Notes: a model not told the origin generated them from the letters alone. Positions 29,641-47,412 are shown, counted from the stretch's first letter. The stretch: 64,000 bases of DNA from Actinomycetota bacterium (GCA_041658225.1 JBBAAN010000004.1:2945-66944); one strand, 5' to 3'. Made by a program: numbers and translations.

Positions 29641-32600
29641 TTGATAGCTCGCGCCGCCGACCGGGTCTCCTTCTCCAAGAGTAAGGAGATCCTCCCTGTC
29701 CCCGACCTCCTCGCCCTTCAGCGGGACTCCTTCGCCTGGCTGCTGACGGCCGGGCTGAAGGAGACCTTCGAGGAGATATCGCCCATCGAGGACTTCACCG
29801 GGCAGATGGCTCTCAGTTTCGGGGAGCACCGGTTCGAAGACATGAAGTACTCGGTGGAGGAATGCAAGGAGAAGGACATCACCTACTCGGCCCCGCTGTT
29901 CGTCACGGCCGAGTTCCACAGTCGCATCACCGGGGAGATCAAGTCCCAGACGGTGTTCATGGGCGACTTCCCGAGGATGACCGACAAGGGCACCTTCGTC
30001 ATCAACGGCACCGAGCGCGTGGTGGTCTCCCAGCTCGTGCGGTCCCCCGGCGTCTACTTCAGTCTGGCCCTGGACAAGACCTCCGACAAGGAGCTCTACA
30101 GCTGCAAGGTGATCCCCAGCCGCGGAGCGTGGCTGGAGTTCGAGACCGACAAGCGCGACATCGTCGGGGTGCGCGTGGACCGCAAACGCCGCCAGAACGT
30201 CACGGTGCTCCTGAAGGCGCTGGGCTACTCCGATTCCGAGATCCTGGACCTCTTCGACGGGGCCGAGTCGATCCGGTTGACGCTGGAGAAAGACCACACC
30301 ACCAGCACTGAAGACGCCCTGATGGACATCTATCGCAAGCTGCGTCCCGGCGAGCCTCCCACTCCCGAGTCGGCGAGGGCGCTGCTGGACAACCTCTTCT
30401 TCAACCCCAAGCGCTACAACCTGGCCAAGGTTGGCCGCTACAAGATCAACAAGAAGCTGGGCCTGAAGCTTCCTCCCGGCCAGGGCATCCTGACGAAGGA
30501 GGACATCCTCGCCACCGTCCGATACCTGGTGAACCTGCACGCCGGCAGCAAAGGTTTCGAGGTCGACGACATCGACCACTTCGGCAACCGCCGGGTGCGC
30601 AGCGTGGGTGAACTGATCCAGAACCAGGTGCGCATCGGGCTTACCAGGATGGAGCGGGTGGTCCGGGAGCGCATGACCACCCAGGATGCCGATGCCATCA
30701 CCCCGCAGACCCTGATCAACATCCGCCCGGTCGTGGCGGCCATCAAGGAGTTCTTCGGCACCAGCCAGCTCTCCCAGTTCATGGACCAGACCAACCCTCT
30801 GGCCGGCCTGACCCACAAGCGGCGGCTGTCGGCCCTGGGCCCGGGCGGCCTCTCGCGCGAGCGGGCCGGCTTCGAGGTACGCGACGTCCACCCATCGCAC
30901 TACGGGCGCATGTGCCCGATCGAGACTCCTGAAGGCCCGAACATCGGCCTGATCGGCTCGCTTTCGACCTATGCGCGCATCAACGAGTTCGGATTCATCG
31001 AGACTCCCTACCGCAAGGTGGAGAAGGGTCGCGTGACCGAGCGCATCGACTACCTGACGGCAGACGAGGAAGACCGGCACGTCATCGCCCAGGCCAACGC
31101 TCCGCTGGATGCGCGGAACCGGTTCAGCGAGGACCACGTGCTGGTGCGCCGGAAGGGCGGCGAGGTCGACTACATCCCGCCCGAGGAAGTCGACTACATG
31201 GACGTCTCGCCCCGGCAGATGGTGTCGGTGGCCACGGCGCTGATCCCCTTCCTCGAGCACGACGACGCCAACCGAGCCCTGATGGGCTCGAACATGCAGA
31301 GGCAGTCGGTGCCCCTGCTTCGCTCCGAGGCGCCGCTGGTCGGCACCGGGATGGAGTGGCGCGCTGCGGTCGACGCCGGCGATGTGGTCGTGGCCGATTC
31401 CGATGGGGTCATCGAGTTGGTCACGGCCGAAGAGGTCGGGCTCAAGCGCGCCGATGGCTCCTCCCGCGTCTACCGGATGCAGAAGTTCGAGCGGTCCAAT
31501 CAGGGCACCTGCATCAACCAGAAGCCGCTGGTCGACGAGGGCCGGGCGGTCAAGAAGGGTGATGTCATCGCCGACGGGCCCTGCACCGACAACGGGGAGA
31601 TAGCCCTGGGGCGCAACCTCCTGGTGGCGTTCATGCCCTGGGAGGGTCACAACTACGAGGACGCCATCGTTCTCTCCGAGCGCCTGGTCAAGCAGGACCT
31701 GCTGACCTCGATCCACATCGAGGAGCACGAGGTCGATGCGCGCGACACCAAGCTCGGGGCCGAGGAGATCACTCGGGACATCCCCAACGTCTCCGAAGAG
31801 ATTCTGGCGGATCTCGACGAGCGGGGCATCATCCGCCTCGGCGCCGAGGTCGAGCCGGGCGACGTGCTGGTCGGCAAGGTGACTCCCAAGGGGGAGACCG
31901 AGCTGACCCCCGAAGAGCGGCTGCTGCGTGCGATATTCGGCGAGAAGGCGCGGGAAGTTCGCGACACCTCGCTGAAGGTTCCTCACGGCGAGAGCGGCAA
32001 GGTCATCGGGGTCAGCATCTTCTCCCGAGAGGCCGGGGACGAGCTGCCTCCGGGCGTCAATGAGCTGGTGCGTGTCTATGTCGCCCAGAAGCGCAAGATC
32101 TCCGAGGGAGACAAGCTGGCCGGCCGCCACGGCAACAAGGGTGTCATCGCGAAGATCCTTCCCGAGGAAGACATGCCGTTCATGGAAGACGGCACCCCGC
32201 TCGACATCGTCCTGAACCCCTTGGGCGTGCCGAGCCGCATGAACGTCGGTCAGGTGCTGGAGACTCACCTGGGCTGGGCGGCCAAGCAAGGCTGGTCGCA
32301 GGGGGGCAAGAACATCGAGGGCCCGGTGCGGGTGGCCACGCCGGTGTTCGACGGCGCGCGGGAGGACGAGATCGCCGAGGTGCTGGAATCGGCAATACCC
32401 GACCGGGACGGCGTGCGCCTGGTGGGAGCCGACGGCAAGGCGCGGCTGTTCGACGGGCGCACGGGGGAGCCCTACGAGGTTCCCATCACGGTCGGCTACA
32501 TTTACATCCTGAAGCTCTCGCACCTGGTGGACGACAAGATCCACGCTCGCTCCACCGGCCCCTACTCGATGATCACTCAGCAGCCCCTGGGCGGTAAGGC

Positions 32601-32949
32601 TCAGTTCGGAGGGCAGCGTTTCGGCGAGATGGAGGTCTGGGCGCTGGAGGCCTACGGAGCCGCCTACGCCCTGCAGGAGCTTCTCACCATCAAGTCCGAC
32701 GACGTCCTGGGGCGCGTGAAGGTCTACGAGGCCATCGTCAAGGGCGAGAACATCCCCGAGCCGGGCATCCCCGAGTCGTTCAAGGTGCTCATCAAGGAGA
32801 TGCAGTCCCTCTGTCTCAACGTGGAAGTGCTGTCGGCGGAGGGCCAGGAGATCGAGATGAGGGAGAGCGACGAGGATGTGTTCCGCGCGGCCGAGGAGCT
32901 CGGCATCGACCTGTCGCGGCGTGAGCCGTCCAGTGTCGAGGAGGTTTGA
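29641..32949 (+). CDS. rpoB: DNA-directed RNA polymerase subunit beta
   Basis: TTG start directly behind AGAGGAGGGA. The N-terminus [31 protein letters not shown] matches actinobacterial RpoB. The in-frame ATG 29611 has no RBS. Confidence 0.95.
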   Translation: MIARAADRVSFSKSKEILPVPDLLALQRDSFAWLLTAGLKETFEEISPIEDFTGQMALSFGEHRFEDMKYSVEECKEKDITYSAPLFVTAEFHSRITGEIKSQTVFMGDFPRMTDKGTFVINGTERVVVSQLVRSPGVYFSLALDKTSDKELYSCKVIPSRGAWLEFETDKRDIVGVRVDRKRRQNVTVLLKALGYSDSEILDLFDGAESIRLTLEKDHTTSTEDALMDIYRKLRPGEPPTPESARALLDNLFFNPKRYNLAKVGRYKINKKLGLKLPPGQGILTKEDILATVRYLVNLHAGSKGFEVDDIDHFGNRRVRSVGELIQNQVRIGLTRMERVVRERMTTQDADAITPQTLINIRPVVAAIKEFFGTSQLSQFMDQTNPLAGLTHKRRLSALGPGGLSRERAGFEVRDVHPSHYGRMCPIETPEGPNIGLIGSLSTYARINEFGFIETPYRKVEKGRVTERIDYLTADEEDRHVIAQANAPLDARNRFSEDHVLVRRKGGEVDYIPPEEVDYMDVSPRQMVSVATALIPFLEHDDANRALMGSNMQRQSVPLLRSEAPLVGTGMEWRAAVDAGDVVVADSDGVIELVTAEEVGLKRADGSSRVYRMQKFERSNQGTCINQKPLVDEGRAVKKGDVIADGPCTDNGEIALGRNLLVAFMPWEGHNYEDAIVLSERLVKQDLLTSIHIEEHEVDARDTKLGAEEITRDIPNVSEEILADLDERGIIRLGAEVEPGDVLVGKVTPKGETELTPEERLLRAIFGEKAREVRDTSLKVPHGESGKVIGVSIFSREAGDELPPGVNELVRVYVAQKRKISEGDKLAGRHGNKGVIAKILPEEDMPFMEDGTPLDIVLNPLGVPSRMNVGQVLETHLGWAAKQGWSQGGKNIEGPVRVATPVFDGAREDEIAEVLESAIPDRDGVRLVGADGKARLFDGRTGEPYEVPITVGYIYILKLSHLVDDKIHARSTGPYSMITQQPLGGKAQFGGQRFGEMEVWALEAYGAAYALQELLTIKSDDVLGRVKVYEAIVKGENIPEPGIPESFKVLIKEMQSLCLNVEVLSAEGQEIEMRESDEDVFRAAEELGIDLSRREPSSVEEV

Positions 32950-32994
32950 CGGGAGTGCGTATCAGCGGCGAGCTGCCCGAAGGGAGCCGGCCCA

Positions 32995-36942
<3,948 letters not shown>

Positions 36943-36993
36943 CGTAGTTCGCCCGGCGCCGGCGGCGTGTGAGGGGGAAATCGCGCCCTCGCG

Positions 36994-37022
36994 TTGACAC
37001 GGCGCGGCGGGATCGCTATCCT
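36994..37022 (+). promoter_or_regulatory. str-operon promoter TTGACA-N17-TATCCT upstream of rpsL
   Basis: Consensus -35; same -10 hexamer as rpoB P1 and the tRNA promoter. Confidence 0.5.
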
Positions 37023-37234
37023 GCCCCTTTGCGCCCTGCGGTGGTTGCGTGGGGCGAGTGCGTGTGGGCAGCAAGCATCGGCTGCTCCGACCTGATCCGG
37101 CGGCGATGCGCCGCCGACCCCCGATGGGCCCTCAGGGACGGAGCGCTGGTCGGTCGGGAACAGTAGACGCCCGCCCGCGTGGGCAGGTGGGCAACAGCAG
37201 AGACAGGCCGCAGGTCACAAGGCCGGAGGAACGG

Positions 37235-37609
<375 letters not shown>

Positions 37610-37622
37610 GGGAGGGAGTCAC

Positions 37623-38093
37623 ATGCCGCGCAAGGGTCCTGCCGTCAAGCGTCCGGTTCTAGCAGACCCGGTCTATGCAAGCCCCCTGGTCACCCAAGTG
37701 GTGAACAAAGTGCTCCTCAAGGGCAAGCGCAACCTCGCGGAGCGCATCGTCTACGACGCCCTCGAGGGAGCCCGCAAGAAGACGGGTACCGATCCGGTGA
37801 CCACGCTCAAGCGAGCGGTGGAGAACGTCAAGCCGGTCTTGGAGGTGCGTTCGCGGCGAGTCGGCGGCGCGACCTATCAGGTGCCGATCGAGGTGCGGGC
37901 TGGGCGGGGGGCGACCCTTGCGATTCGGTGGATCGTCGGCTTTTCTCGCGCCCGGCGCGAGAAGACGATGGCCGAGCGACTGATGAACGAGGTGCTGGAC
38001 GCCTCCAACGGTCTCGGCGCCTCGGTCAAGCGGCGTGAGGACCTTCAGAAGATGGCGGAGTCCAACAAGGCATTCGCCCACTACCGCTGGTAG
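37623..38093 (+). CDS. rpsG: 30S ribosomal protein S7
   Basis: 156 aa matching S7. Confidence 0.95.
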   Translation: MPRKGPAVKRPVLADPVYASPLVTQVVNKVLLKGKRNLAERIVYDALEGARKKTGTDPVTTLKRAVENVKPVLEVRSRRVGGATYQVPIEVRAGRGATLAIRWIVGFSRARREKTMAERLMNEVLDASNGLGASVKRREDLQKMAESNKAFAHYRW

Positions 38094-38185
38094 TCCCGGA
38101 CGGCCACGCAAGGCGAACACAGGCAGGAACGGCACCACAGGCAGGACCAAGAGCGCAGTCGGCAACGGGAGCACAGGTAAACAGG

Positions 38186-40330
38186 ATGAGCGAGTCGGCG
38201 GTACGAAAGGAAGCGGCGTCGAGCGGCGCCAACCCGGTCTTCCGGGAGTTTCCGCTTGCCCTGACTCGCAACATCGGCATCATGGCCCACATCGACGCCG
38301 GCAAGACGACGATCACCGAGCGCATCCTGTACTACACCGGCCGGACCTACAAGCTCGGCGAGGTCCACGAGGGCGCCGCGGTCATGGACTGGATGATCCA
38401 GGAGCAGGAGCGCGGCATCACGATCACCTCGGCCGCCACTACCTGCCGCTGGCGCGACAACTGGATCAACATCATCGACACCCCCGGTCACGTGGACTTC
38501 ACCGTGGAGGTCGAGCGCTCCCTGCGCATCCTCGACGGGGCGGTGGCGGTCTTCGATGCGGTCGCCGGGGTTGAGCCTCAGTCGGAGACGGTGTGGCGCC
38601 AGGCCGACCACTACCGTGTGCCTCGCATTTGCTTCGTCAACAAGATGGACCGGGTGGGGGCGGAGTTTCACCGCACGGTCGACATGATCAAGGCCCGCCT
38701 GGGTGCCGTGCCCCTGGTCGTCCAGATTCCGCTCGGCGTGGAGTCAAGCTTCCGCGGCGTGGTGGATCTGGTGTCCATGCGGGCGCTGGTCTGGGCTTCT
38801 GAGGGCATGGGCGACGAGTGGGACGAGGTCAAGATCCCGGGCAGCTACCTCGACGCCGCCGAGGAATGGCACCACAAGATGATCGAGGTGCTGGCCGACG
38901 CCGATGAGGAGATCCTCGAGAAGTTCGTGTCCGAGGAGCCGATCGAGGCCGAACTGATGCGCAAGGCCATCCGCCGGGCCACCATTGCCGGGCGCCTGAC
39001 CCCGGTGCTGTGCGGAACCGCTTTCCGCAACAAGGCGGTTCAGCCGCTGCTCGACGCCGTGATCGACTACCTGCCGTCCCCCCTGGAAGTGGCGGCGGTG
39101 GAGGGGCACGCGGAGGGCGACACCTCACAGGTCATCGTGCGAAATGCCGCCGACGAAGAACCGTTCGCGGCGCTCGCCTTCAAGATCATGAGTGACCCCT
39201 ACGTGGGCAAGCTCACCTACTTCCGTGTCTACTCGGGCACCCTGCGCGCCGGCGCTCACGTGCTCAACTCCAGCAAGGGGCGCAAGGAGCGCATCGGGCG
39301 CATCCTGCAGATGCATGCCAACCATCGCGAGGACAAGGAAGCCGCGTTCGCCGGCGACATCGTCGCCGCGGTCGGCCCGAAGTTCACCTCCACCGGCGAC
39401 ACGCTTTGCTCGCCGTCGGAGCCGGTGGTGCTGGAATCCATGACCTTTCCGCCGCCGGTGATCTCGGTGGCGATCGAGCCGCGCACGAAGGCCGACCAGG
39501 ACAAGCTGGCCAACACCATCGCGCGTCTGGCCGAGGAGGATCCCACCTTCGTGGTTCGCACCGACGAGGACACCGGCCAGACGATCATCTCCGGCATGGG
39601 CGAGCTGCACCTGGAGGTGCTGGTCGACCGCATGCGCCGCGAGTTCAAGGTGGACGCCGACGTCGGCAAGCCGCAGGTGGCCTACCGCGAGACGATCCGC
39701 AAGCCGGTTCACAAGGTTGAGTACCGCCACGTCAAGCAGACCGGCGGCCGCGGACAGTACGCTCACGTGGTGATCGACCTGGAGCCCACCGGCGGCGACG
39801 GCGGCGGCTACGAGTTCGTCAGCAAGATCGTCGGCGGGCGTATCCCGCGGGAGTACATCCCGGCGGTGGATGCCGGGATCCAGGAGGCCATGGAGTACGG
39901 CGTGCTGGCCGGATTCCCTCTGGTCGACATCCGGGTCAGCCTCATCGACGGTTCCTACCACGAGGTCGACTCCTCGGAAATGGCGTTCAAGGTCGCCGGG
40001 TCCATGGCGCTCAAGGAAGCGTCCCGCAAGGCCGACCCGGTGCTGATGGAGCCGGTCATGACCGTCGAGGTCGTCACTCCCGGCGACTACCTCGGAGAGG
40101 TGATCGGCGATCTGAACGGACGGCGCGGTCACCTGGACCACATGGACCCGCGCCCCGGGGGAGCTCAGGCCATAAGGGCGATGGTTCCCTTGGCGGAGAT
40201 GTTCGGCTACGCCACCGCCCTGCGCTCGCGCACCCAGGGGCGGGCGACCTACACCATGCAGTTCGCCAACTACCGAGAGGTCCCGGCGAATATCGCTAAG
40301 GAAATTATCGCCAGGACGCGAGGGGAGTAG
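38186..40330 (+). CDS. fusA: Elongation factor G
   Basis: 714 aa ([28 protein letters not shown]). Confidence 0.96.
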   Translation: MSESAVRKEAASSGANPVFREFPLALTRNIGIMAHIDAGKTTITERILYYTGRTYKLGEVHEGAAVMDWMIQEQERGITITSAATTCRWRDNWINIIDTPGHVDFTVEVERSLRILDGAVAVFDAVAGVEPQSETVWRQADHYRVPRICFVNKMDRVGAEFHRTVDMIKARLGAVPLVVQIPLGVESSFRGVVDLVSMRALVWASEGMGDEWDEVKIPGSYLDAAEEWHHKMIEVLADADEEILEKFVSEEPIEAELMRKAIRRATIAGRLTPVLCGTAFRNKAVQPLLDAVIDYLPSPLEVAAVEGHAEGDTSQVIVRNAADEEPFAALAFKIMSDPYVGKLTYFRVYSGTLRAGAHVLNSSKGRKERIGRILQMHANHREDKEAAFAGDIVAAVGPKFTSTGDTLCSPSEPVVLESMTFPPPVISVAIEPRTKADQDKLANTIARLAEEDPTFVVRTDEDTGQTIISGMGELHLEVLVDRMRREFKVDADVGKPQVAYRETIRKPVHKVEYRHVKQTGGRGQYAHVVIDLEPTGGDGGGYEFVSKIVGGRIPREYIPAVDAGIQEAMEYGVLAGFPLVDIRVSLIDGSYHEVDSSEMAFKVAGSMALKEASRKADPVLMEPVMTVEVVTPGDYLGEVIGDLNGRRGHLDHMDPRPGGAQAIRAMVPLAEMFGYATALRSRTQGRATYTMQFANYREVPANIAKEIIARTRGE

Positions 40331-41570
40331 GAGGACCAGATGGCCAAGAAGAAGTTCGAGCGCACCAAGCCTCACGTGAACATCGGCACGATCGGTCACA
40401 TCGACCACGGTAAGACCACGCTCACGGCGGCCATCACCAAGGTGCTGCACGAGACCAACCCCAACGTGGAGTTCACCGCCTTCGACCAGATCGACAAGGC
40501 TCCTGAGGAGAAGGCGCGAGGCATCACCATCGCCATCGCCCACGTGGAGTACGAGACGGCCAACCGCCACTACGCCCACGTGGACTGCCCCGGGCATGCC
40601 GACTACATCAAGAACATGATCACCGGCGCCGCCCAGATGGACGGGGCGGTCCTGGTGGTCTCCGCCGCCGACGGCCCCATGCCCCAGACCCGTGAGCACG
40701 TCCTGCTCGCCCGTCAGGTCGGGGTTCCCTCGATCGTGGTCTATTTGAACAAGACCGACATGGTCGACGACCCCGAGCTGATCGAGCTGGTGGAGCTTGA
40801 GGTCAGGGAGCTTCTTTCAAGCTATGAGTTCCCCGGCGACGAGATCCCCGTGGTCAAGGGCTCTGCCCTAAAGGCCCTTGAGGGCGACGCCGAGGCCGCC
40901 AAGAGCATCATGGAGCTGCTTGACGCCTGCGACTCCTACATCCCCGAGCCGGCCAGAGACGTCGACAAGCCCTTCCTGATGCCCATCGAGGACGTGTTCA
41001 CCATCACCGGTCGCGGCACCGTGGTAACGGGGAAAGTGGACCGGGGAATCATTCGCGTCTCCGAAGAGGTCGAGATCGTGGGCATTCGTCCCAAGATCGA
41101 CAAGACCGTGGTCACCGGCGTCGAGATGTTCAGGAAGCTCCTTGACGAAGGAAGGGCCGGAGACAACATCGGGGTGCTGCTCAGAGGCACCAAGAAGGAC
41201 GAGGTGGAGCGCGGCCAGGTGCTTGCCAAGCCCGGCTCCATCACCCCCCACACCAACTTCGAGGCCCAGGTCTACATCCTTTCCAAGGATGAAGGTGGCC
41301 GCCACACCCCGTTCTTCAACGGCTACCGTCCCCAGTTCTACTTCCGAACCACCGACGTCACCGGCGTGGTCACCCTGCCCGGCGGCGCCGAGGCCATGGT
41401 CATGCCGGGCGACAACACCGATATGACCGTAGAGCTGATCTCCCCCATCGCCATGGAGGAGGGACTCAAGTTTGCCATCCGCGAGGGTGGGCGCACCGTG
41501 GGTGCGGGAAGAGTGATCAAGATCATCAAGTGAGCTTGCCGGGAGACCGGTGAGCGTCCCGAGCACCGCC
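40318..41570 (+). repeat. Second copy of the 1253-bp tuf-containing identical segment (starts inside the last 4 codons of fusA)
   Basis: See 22712-23964. Confidence 0.85.
40340..41533 (+). CDS. tuf: Elongation factor Tu (copy 2, in the str operon)
   Basis: 397 aa, identical to copy 1. Confidence 0.97.
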   Translation: MAKKKFERTKPHVNIGTIGHIDHGKTTLTAAITKVLHETNPNVEFTAFDQIDKAPEEKARGITIAIAHVEYETANRHYAHVDCPGHADYIKNMITGAAQMDGAVLVVSAADGPMPQTREHVLLARQVGVPSIVVYLNKTDMVDDPELIELVELEVRELLSSYEFPGDEIPVVKGSALKALEGDAEAAKSIMELLDACDSYIPEPARDVDKPFLMPIEDVFTITGRGTVVTGKVDRGIIRVSEEVEIVGIRPKIDKTVVTGVEMFRKLLDEGRAGDNIGVLLRGTKKDEVERGQVLAKPGSITPHTNFEAQVYILSKDEGGRHTPFFNGYRPQFYFRTTDVTGVVTLPGGAEAMVMPGDNTDMTVELISPIAMEEGLKFAIREGGRTVGAGRVIKIIK

Positions 41571-41600
41571 GACGCGGAGCCGAGGGAGAGGTAATAGCCG

Positions 41601-41909
41601 ATGGCGCAGCAGAAGATAAGGATCCGGCTCAAGGCCTACGACCACGAGATCGTGGACTCTTCGGCGCGGAAGATCGTGGACACCGTCACGCGCACGGGCG
41701 CCCGGGTGGCCGGCCCGATCCCGCTGCCGACGGAGAAGAACATCTACTGCGTCATCCGGTCGCCCCACAAGGACAAGGACTCCCGCGAGCACTTCGAGAT
41801 GCGTACCCACAAGCGGTTGATCGACATCCTCGATCCGACCCCCAAGACCGTCGACAGCCTGATGCGGCTGGACCTGCCGGCCGGGGTCGATATCGAGATC
41901 AAACTCTAG
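41601..41909 (+). CDS. rpsJ: 30S ribosomal protein S10
   Basis: 102 aa matching S10. Confidence 0.95.
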   Translation: MAQQKIRIRLKAYDHEIVDSSARKIVDTVTRTGARVAGPIPLPTEKNIYCVIRSPHKDKDSREHFEMRTHKRLIDILDPTPKTVDSLMRLDLPAGVDIEIKL

Positions 41910-41975
41910 ACACTTTCGGCACTCGGCGGCGGCGCCAGAGCGCGGCGGCCGGGACGGACGACAGGTAGGACCAGC

Positions 41976-42635
41976 ATGGCAAACGGTGTGAAGGGAATAC
42001 TCGGGGAGAAGCTGGGCATGACCCAGATCTTCGGGCCGAACGCCCGGATTATCCCCGTAACCGTGATCAAGGCGGGCCCCTGCACGGTCACCCAGGTCAG
42101 GACGAAGGAGAAGGACGGCTACGTTGCCGTGCAGCTTGCATTCGGGCAGATCCCGGCGCGCAAGGTGACCAAGCCGCAAGCCGGGCACTTTGCCAAGGCC
42201 GGTGTGCCGGCGGCGCGCCACTTGGTGGAGCTTCGCATGACCGACGCCTCCGGCTACAGCGTGGGCCAGGAAATCCGGGCCGACGTGTTCTCCGAGGGCG
42301 AGCTGGCCGACGTGATCGGCGTTTCGAAGGGGAAGGGCTTCGCCGGAGTCATGAAGCGGCACGGCTTCGCCGGCGCGCCGGCTTCGCACGGCACCGACCG
42401 CAAGCATCGCTCGCCCGGTTCCGTGGGCGCTTGCGCCACCCCAGCCCGCGTTTTCAGGGGGATGAAGATGGGTGGGCACATGGGTCACGAGCGCGTGACC
42501 ACGCTGAACCTCAAGGTGGTCGGGGCAGACTCGGAGCGCAATCTGCTGCTGGTTCGCGGCGCCGTCCCCGGGCCCGACGGCGGCCTGGTCATGGTTCGCT
42601 CCGCGGTCAAGGCCAAGCTGGGGAGGCACGCATGA
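41976..42635 (+). CDS. rplC: 50S ribosomal protein L3
   Basis: 219 aa matching L3. Confidence 0.95.
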   Translation: MANGVKGILGEKLGMTQIFGPNARIIPVTVIKAGPCTVTQVRTKEKDGYVAVQLAFGQIPARKVTKPQAGHFAKAGVPAARHLVELRMTDASGYSVGQEIRADVFSEGELADVIGVSKGKGFAGVMKRHGFAGAPASHGTDRKHRSPGSVGACATPARVFRGMKMGGHMGHERVTTLNLKVVGADSERNLLLVRGAVPGPDGGLVMVRSAVKAKLGRHA

Positions 42636-43348
42636 GTGGCGTCGATGTGAAGGATCGCACCGGCTCGGTGGTCGGCAGCTTCGAGTTGGACGCGCGTATC
42701 TTCGACACCCAGATCAACGTGCCGGTCATGCATCAGGTCGTGCTGGCTCAGATGGCCGCGGCACGCTCCGGCACCGCCTCCACACGCACGCGCGCGAACG
42801 TGTCCGGAGGCGGCAAGAAGCCGTGGAAGCAGAAGGGCACCGGCCGTGCCCGTCAGGGCTCGATCCGGGCGCCGCAGTGGGTCGGCGGCGGTGTGGTCTT
42901 CGGGCCGCACCCGCGCGACTACACCCAGCGGGTGCCCAAGAAGATGAAGGTACTGGCCCTGCACTCGGCCCTGACCGACCGGGCGCGGCTGGGGGACTTG
43001 ATCATCGTGGACTCCTTCGAGATGGAAGAGCCCAAGACCCGCGTGGTGCGTGAGCTGCTCGCGGCGGTGGGAGCCGGGGGCCGCGTGCTGCTGGTCGTCG
43101 AGGGCATCGAGGACAACGCGATCAAGAGCTTCCGCAATCTTCCGCGAGTACACCTGATCGGGTTCGACCAACTGAACACCTACGACGTGCTGCGAAGCGA
43201 CGTGGTGGTGTTCAGCAAGGCCTCGCTCGATGCATTCCAGCAGCGGGGGCGTCGGGCCGCGCGTACCGGGGTCGATGAGGTTCCGGCCGAAGCCGAGGCG
43301 CAGAGCGCCGCGCCCGAGGCGGCCGCCGGAACGGGGGAGGAGGGCTAG
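42632..43348 (+). CDS. rplD: 50S ribosomal protein L4
   Basis: ATG overlaps the rplC stop; 238 aa matching L4. Confidence 0.93.
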   Translation: MSGVDVKDRTGSVVGSFELDARIFDTQINVPVMHQVVLAQMAAARSGTASTRTRANVSGGGKKPWKQKGTGRARQGSIRAPQWVGGGVVFGPHPRDYTQRVPKKMKVLALHSALTDRARLGDLIIVDSFEMEEPKTRVVRELLAAVGAGGRVLLVVEGIEDNAIKSFRNLPRVHLIGFDQLNTYDVLRSDVVVFSKASLDAFQQRGRRAARTGVDEVPAEAEAQSAAPEAAAGTGEEG

Positions 43349-43636
43349 ATGAAGGACCCCCACGAGGTCATCCTCGCCCCGGTCGTATCCGAGAAGAGCT
43401 ACGGACTGATCGACCACGGGGCCTACACCTTCGTCGTGCACCAAGACGCCGGCAAGACCGAGATCAAAGAAGCGGTCCAGAAGATATTTGGAGTGCGGGT
43501 GGCGAAGGTGAACACCTTGAACCGCAAGGGCAAGACCGTGCGCTCGCGCACGGGTATCGGCCGGCGTTCGTCCGCGAAGCGGGCGGTTGTAACGCTCGTG
43601 CCGGGCGACAAGATCGAGATCTTCGAGACCAAGTAG
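43349..43636 (+). CDS. rplW: 50S ribosomal protein L23
   Basis: 95 aa matching L23. Confidence 0.93.
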   Translation: MKDPHEVILAPVVSEKSYGLIDHGAYTFVVHQDAGKTEIKEAVQKIFGVRVAKVNTLNRKGKTVRSRTGIGRRSSAKRAVVTLVPGDKIEIFETK

Positions 43637-43648
43637 GCGAGGGCCAGG

Positions 43649-44470
43649 ATGGGTATCCGGAAATTCAAGCCGACCAGCCCGGGACGCCGGGGCAGTTCAG
43701 GTGATGATTTCTCCGAGCTGACTCGCTCTCGTCCTGAGCGCAGGCTCTTGGCCGCGCTGCCCAAGACGGGAGGCCGCAACTCCTACGGGCGGGTGACCAC
43801 GCGCCACATCGGCGGTGGGCACAAGAGCCGGTACCGCGTCGTGGACTTCCGCCGTGACAAGGACGGGATCCCGGCCAAGGTGGCGCACATCGAGTACGAC
43901 CCGAACCGCAATGCGCGGATCGCGCTGTTGCACTACGCCGACGGCGAGAAGCGCTACATCATCGCGCCGAATCGTCTGAAGCAGGGCGACGTGGTCTCGA
44001 GCGGGGCGGGTGCCGACATCCGGCCGGGCAACGCGCTGCTGCTCAAGCACATCCCGGTCGGCACCGTGATCCACGCCGTGGAGCTTCGGCCCGGCGGCGG
44101 GGCGAAGATGGCTCGCTCGGCGGGAGTCAGCGTCCAGTTGATCGCCAAGGACGCCGAGAAGGCCCACCTGCGCTTGCCCTCGGGCGAGATCCGCATGGTG
44201 GATGTGCGTTGCCGGGCCACGGTCGGAGAGGTCGGGCACGGGGAGTACGAGCTGATCAGTTGGGGCAAGGCGGGACGCAGCCGCCATAAGGGCGTGCGCC
44301 CGACCGTTCGAGGCGTTGCGATGAACCCTGTCGACCACCCACTCGGCGGTGGCGAGGGTAAGAGTTCGGGGGGTCGTCACCCGGTGAGCCCATGGGGCAA
44401 GCCGGAAGGGCGTACCCGTCGCACTAAGCCGAGCGACCAGATGATCGTCCGGCGGCGGAAGAAGAAGTAG
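43649..44470 (+). CDS. rplB: 50S ribosomal protein L2
   Basis: 273 aa matching L2. Confidence 0.96.
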   Translation: MGIRKFKPTSPGRRGSSGDDFSELTRSRPERRLLAALPKTGGRNSYGRVTTRHIGGGHKSRYRVVDFRRDKDGIPAKVAHIEYDPNRNARIALLHYADGEKRYIIAPNRLKQGDVVSSGAGADIRPGNALLLKHIPVGTVIHAVELRPGGGAKMARSAGVSVQLIAKDAEKAHLRLPSGEIRMVDVRCRATVGEVGHGEYELISWGKAGRSRHKGVRPTVRGVAMNPVDHPLGGGEGKSSGGRHPVSPWGKPEGRTRRTKPSDQMIVRRRKKK

Positions 44471-44481
44471 GAGAACCGGGC

Positions 44482-44775
44482 ATGGGGCGTTCGCTCAAGA
44501 AGGGTCCGTTCGTCGACGAGCATCTGCTCAAGAAGATCGACGATATGAACCACAAGCGGGAAAAGAGGGTCATCCGGACTTGGTCTCGCCGGTCGACCAT
44601 CATCCCGGACATGGTGGGTCACACCATCGCCGTTCACGACGGCCGCAAGCACGTACCCGTCTTCATCTCGGAGTCGATGGTGGGCCACAAGCTGGGGGAG
44701 TTCGCTCCGACCCGCACGTTCCGGGCTCACCGGTCCCAGGAGAAGTCGGCCGGTCCCGCTCGGGGACGTCGGTAG
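44482..44775 (+). CDS. rpsS: 30S ribosomal protein S19
   Basis: 97 aa matching S19. Confidence 0.95.
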   Translation: MGRSLKKGPFVDEHLLKKIDDMNHKREKRVIRTWSRRSTIIPDMVGHTIAVHDGRKHVPVFISESMVGHKLGEFAPTRTFRAHRSQEKSAGPARGRR

Positions 44776-44801
44776 CCGGCGGTTGGAGGGGAGAGTAGTC
44801 G

Positions 44802-45158
44802 ATGGAGGTTAAGGCGCAGGCGAGGTTCGTGCGGGTGTCGCCCACCAAAGCGCGCCGCATGGTCGACCTCATCCGCGGCCTGCATGTGGAGGAGGCTCAG
44901 CGGGTGCTCAAGTTCGCGCCCCAAGCCGCCAGCGTGCCGGTGGGCAAGGTGCTCAAGTCGGCGGTCGCCAACGCTGAGCACAACTTGAAGCTCTCCTCCG
45001 ATGCCCTGGTCGTTTCCCGGGCGTTCGTGGACGAGGGACCGACGCTCAAGCGCTGGCGTCCCCGAGCCCTCGGGCGCGCCTACCGGATTCGCAAGAGGAC
45101 GAGCCACATCACGGTCGTGGTGGAAACCAAGGAGGGACCGCGTGGGACAGAAGGTTAA
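44802..45158 (+). CDS. rplV: 50S ribosomal protein L22
   Basis: 118 aa matching L22. Confidence 0.94.
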   Translation: MEVKAQARFVRVSPTKARRMVDLIRGLHVEEAQRVLKFAPQAASVPVGKVLKSAVANAEHNLKLSSDALVVSRAFVDEGPTLKRWRPRALGRAYRIRKRTSHITVVVETKEGPRGTEG

Positions 45159-45969
45159 CCCGTACGGTTTCCGGTTGGGCATCACCACCGACTGGAAATC
45201 CCGCTGGTACGCCGACCGCGACTACCGCAGCTACCTCGCGGAGGACCTGAAGCTGCGTGCGTACCTGCAGAAGGAGATGGCCCACGCGGGGATCTCGCGT
45301 ATCGACGTGGAGCGAACCCGCGACCGAGTGCGAGTGGACCTGCACACCGCCCGCCCCGGCATCGTGATCGGGCGGCGGGGCGCCGAGGTCGACCGCATCC
45401 GGGGCGAACTGGAGCGCATGACCGACAAACAGGTTCAGCTCAACATCATCGAGATCAAGCAGGCCGACCAGGACGCGGTACTCGTGGCGCAGGGCGTGGC
45501 CGAGCAACTTCGCGGCCGAGTTTCCTTCCGGCGGGCGATGCGCCGCGCGGTCAACTCCGCCATGAAAGGTGGAGCCAAGGGCATTCGGGTGCAGTGCTCC
45601 GGACGCCTGGGCGGTGGCGAGATGAGCCGGCGTGAGTGGTACCGCGAGGGTCGCGTACCCTTGCACACCCTGAGGGCCGACATCGACTACGGCTTGGCGG
45701 AAGCGGCCACGACGTTCGGTCGCATCGGGGTGAAGGTCTGGATTTACAAGGGCGACGTCCTGCCCTCCCGCGAGGAGCAGCAGGCCGAGCGCGCCCGCGC
45801 CCGCGCCCGGATGGTCGCGGCCGGTGGGCCGTCCTCACCGCGCGCTGCCCAACCCGCTCCCGCGCCGGTTGCCGCTCCCGCGCCGGTTGCCGCTCCCGCG
45901 CCGGTTGCCGCTCCAGTCTCCGAGGTCGTTCCCGCCGAGGCGGGCACGGAGCCGGGAGGTGAGGGCTGA
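45142..45969 (+). CDS. rpsC: 30S ribosomal protein S3 with an Ala/Pro-rich repetitive C-terminal tail
   Basis: GTG start overlaps the rplV end; KH domain; tail PAPVAA x3. Confidence 0.93.
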   Translation: MGQKVNPYGFRLGITTDWKSRWYADRDYRSYLAEDLKLRAYLQKEMAHAGISRIDVERTRDRVRVDLHTARPGIVIGRRGAEVDRIRGELERMTDKQVQLNIIEIKQADQDAVLVAQGVAEQLRGRVSFRRAMRRAVNSAMKGGAKGIRVQCSGRLGGGEMSRREWYREGRVPLHTLRADIDYGLAEAATTFGRIGVKVWIYKGDVLPSREEQQAERARARARMVAAGGPSSPRAAQPAPAPVAAPAPVAAPAPVAAPVSEVVPAEAGTEPGGEG

Positions 45970-46391
45970 TGCTTGCGCCCAAGCGGGTCAAGCACCGCAA
46001 GCAGCACCGCGGGCGGATGCGCGGCATGGCCAAGGGTGGCACCACCGTCGCTTTCGGGGAGTTCGGGCTCCAAGCTCAGGAACCGGGCTGGGTCTCCGCC
46101 CGGCAGATCGAGGCCGCTCGTATCGCCATCAGCCGTCATATCAAGCGTGGTGGGAAGGTGTGGATCAACCTGTTTCCAGACAAGCCGATCACGAAGAAGC
46201 CGGCCGAGACCCGGATGGGCTCGGGCAAGGGTTCTCCCGAGGGTTGGGTGGCCGTGGTCAAGCCCGGGCGCGTGATGTTCGAGCTGGCCGGAGTCCCGGA
46301 GTCGCTGGCGCAGGAAGCCATGCGCCTGGCCTCCCACAAGCTCCCACTCAAGTGCCGGTTTGTTTCTCGAGCCGAGACGGTGGGTGAGTGA
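45969..46391 (+). CDS. rplP: 50S ribosomal protein L16
   Basis: 140 aa matching L16. Confidence 0.95.
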   Translation: MLAPKRVKHRKQHRGRMRGMAKGGTTVAFGEFGLQAQEPGWVSARQIEAARIAISRHIKRGGKVWINLFPDKPITKKPAETRMGSGKGSPEGWVAVVKPGRVMFELAGVPESLAQEAMRLASHKLPLKCRFVSRAETVGE

Positions 46392-46392
46392 G

Positions 46393-46698
46393 GTGCGTAC
46401 GGTGGAGCTTAGAGCTCTGGATCCGGCGGAGTTGGCCGGCAAGCTTTCCGAGGCCAGGGCGGAGTTGTTCAACCTGCGTTTTCAGCACGTGACGGGTCAG
46501 CTCGACAACCCGCGCCGTCTGGGCGAGGTGCGCAAGGACATCGCGCGGATCTTCACGATCATGAGTGAGCGGGAGTTGGCCGGCGAAGAGGTCGTTGAGG
46601 CCGCGCCGCAGGCGGCGAAGCGTGAGCGCCGGTTCGGTCGGCGATCCAAGGCGAAGGCCGAGGAGCCGGCAGGCCGGAAAGTCAAGAAGGAGTCGTAG
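46393..46698 (+). CDS. rpmC: 50S ribosomal protein L29 with a basic C-terminal extension
   Basis: GTG 2 nt after the rplP stop; [27 protein letters not shown]. Confidence 0.85.
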   Translation: MRTVELRALDPAELAGKLSEARAELFNLRFQHVTGQLDNPRRLGEVRKDIARIFTIMSERELAGEEVVEAAPQAAKRERRFGRRSKAKAEEPAGRKVKKES

Positions 46699-46968
46699 GT
46701 GGCCGAATCCGAGAGTGCCCGCGGTCAGCGCAAGGTTCGCGTTGGCGTCGTGGTCAGCGACGCGATGGACAAGACCGTGGTCGTCGCCGTCGAGCAGACG
46801 GTGCGCCACCGGCTCTACAAGAAGGCCGTCAAGCGGACCAAGAAGTTGAAGGCCCACGACGAGCGCAACGAGGCGGCGATCGGCGACAAAGTGAGCGTGG
46901 TGGAAACCCGTCCGCTGTCGGCCACGAAGCGCTGGCGTGTGGTGGAGATCGTTGAGAAGGCCAAGTAG
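46699..46968 (+). CDS. rpsQ: 30S ribosomal protein S17
   Basis: 89 aa matching S17. Confidence 0.93.
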   Translation: MAESESARGQRKVRVGVVVSDAMDKTVVVAVEQTVRHRLYKKAVKRTKKLKAHDERNEAAIGDKVSVVETRPLSATKRWRVVEIVEKAK

Positions 46969-47040
46969 GAGTTCCGCGGAACCCCATGGGGGGCGGGGGC
47001 CACGCACCCCGATCCGCGTAGCCAGGCGAGGGAGACGCAG

Positions 47041-47412
47041 GTGATCCAGCAGGAAACGCGGCTAAAGGTCGCAGACAACACGGGTGCCAAGGAGATTCTT
47101 TGCATCCGCGTCCTGGGGGGGTCCGGGCGCCGTTACGCGTCGATCGGGGACATCATCGTGGCCACGGTCAAGGACGCGATGCCCGGTGGGGCCGTCAAGG
47201 AAGGCGAGGTGGTCAAGGCGGTGGTGGTGCGCGTGGCCAAGGGCAAGCGCCGCCCGGACGGCACCTATATCCGTTTCGACGAGAATGCGGCCGTCCTGAT
47301 CAAGGACAAGACCGGAGAACCGCGCGGCACGCGCATCTTCGGTCCGGTGGGTCGAGAACTGCGGGAGAAGAAGTTCATGAGAATCATCTCCCTGGCTCCG
47401 GAGGTGTTGTAG
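47041..47412 (+). CDS. rplN: 50S ribosomal protein L14
   Basis: 123 aa matching L14. Confidence 0.96.
   Translation: MIQQETRLKVADNTGAKEILCIRVLGGSGRRYASIGDIIVATVKDAMPGGAVKEGEVVKAVVVRVAKGKRRPDGTYIRFDENAAVLIKDKTGEPRGTRIFGPVGRELREKKFMRIISLAPEVL

Noticed and set aside
29347-32544. 1065-aa ORF on the minus strand
   Set aside because: Fully antisense to rpoB, whose identity on the + strand is unambiguous. Long antisense ORFs are expected at 68% GC.
45858-45911. CRISPR-like regular repeats
   Set aside because: These are in-frame coding tandem repeats inside rpsC (and rplQ), with no spacers and no cas genes. There is no CRISPR array in the window.
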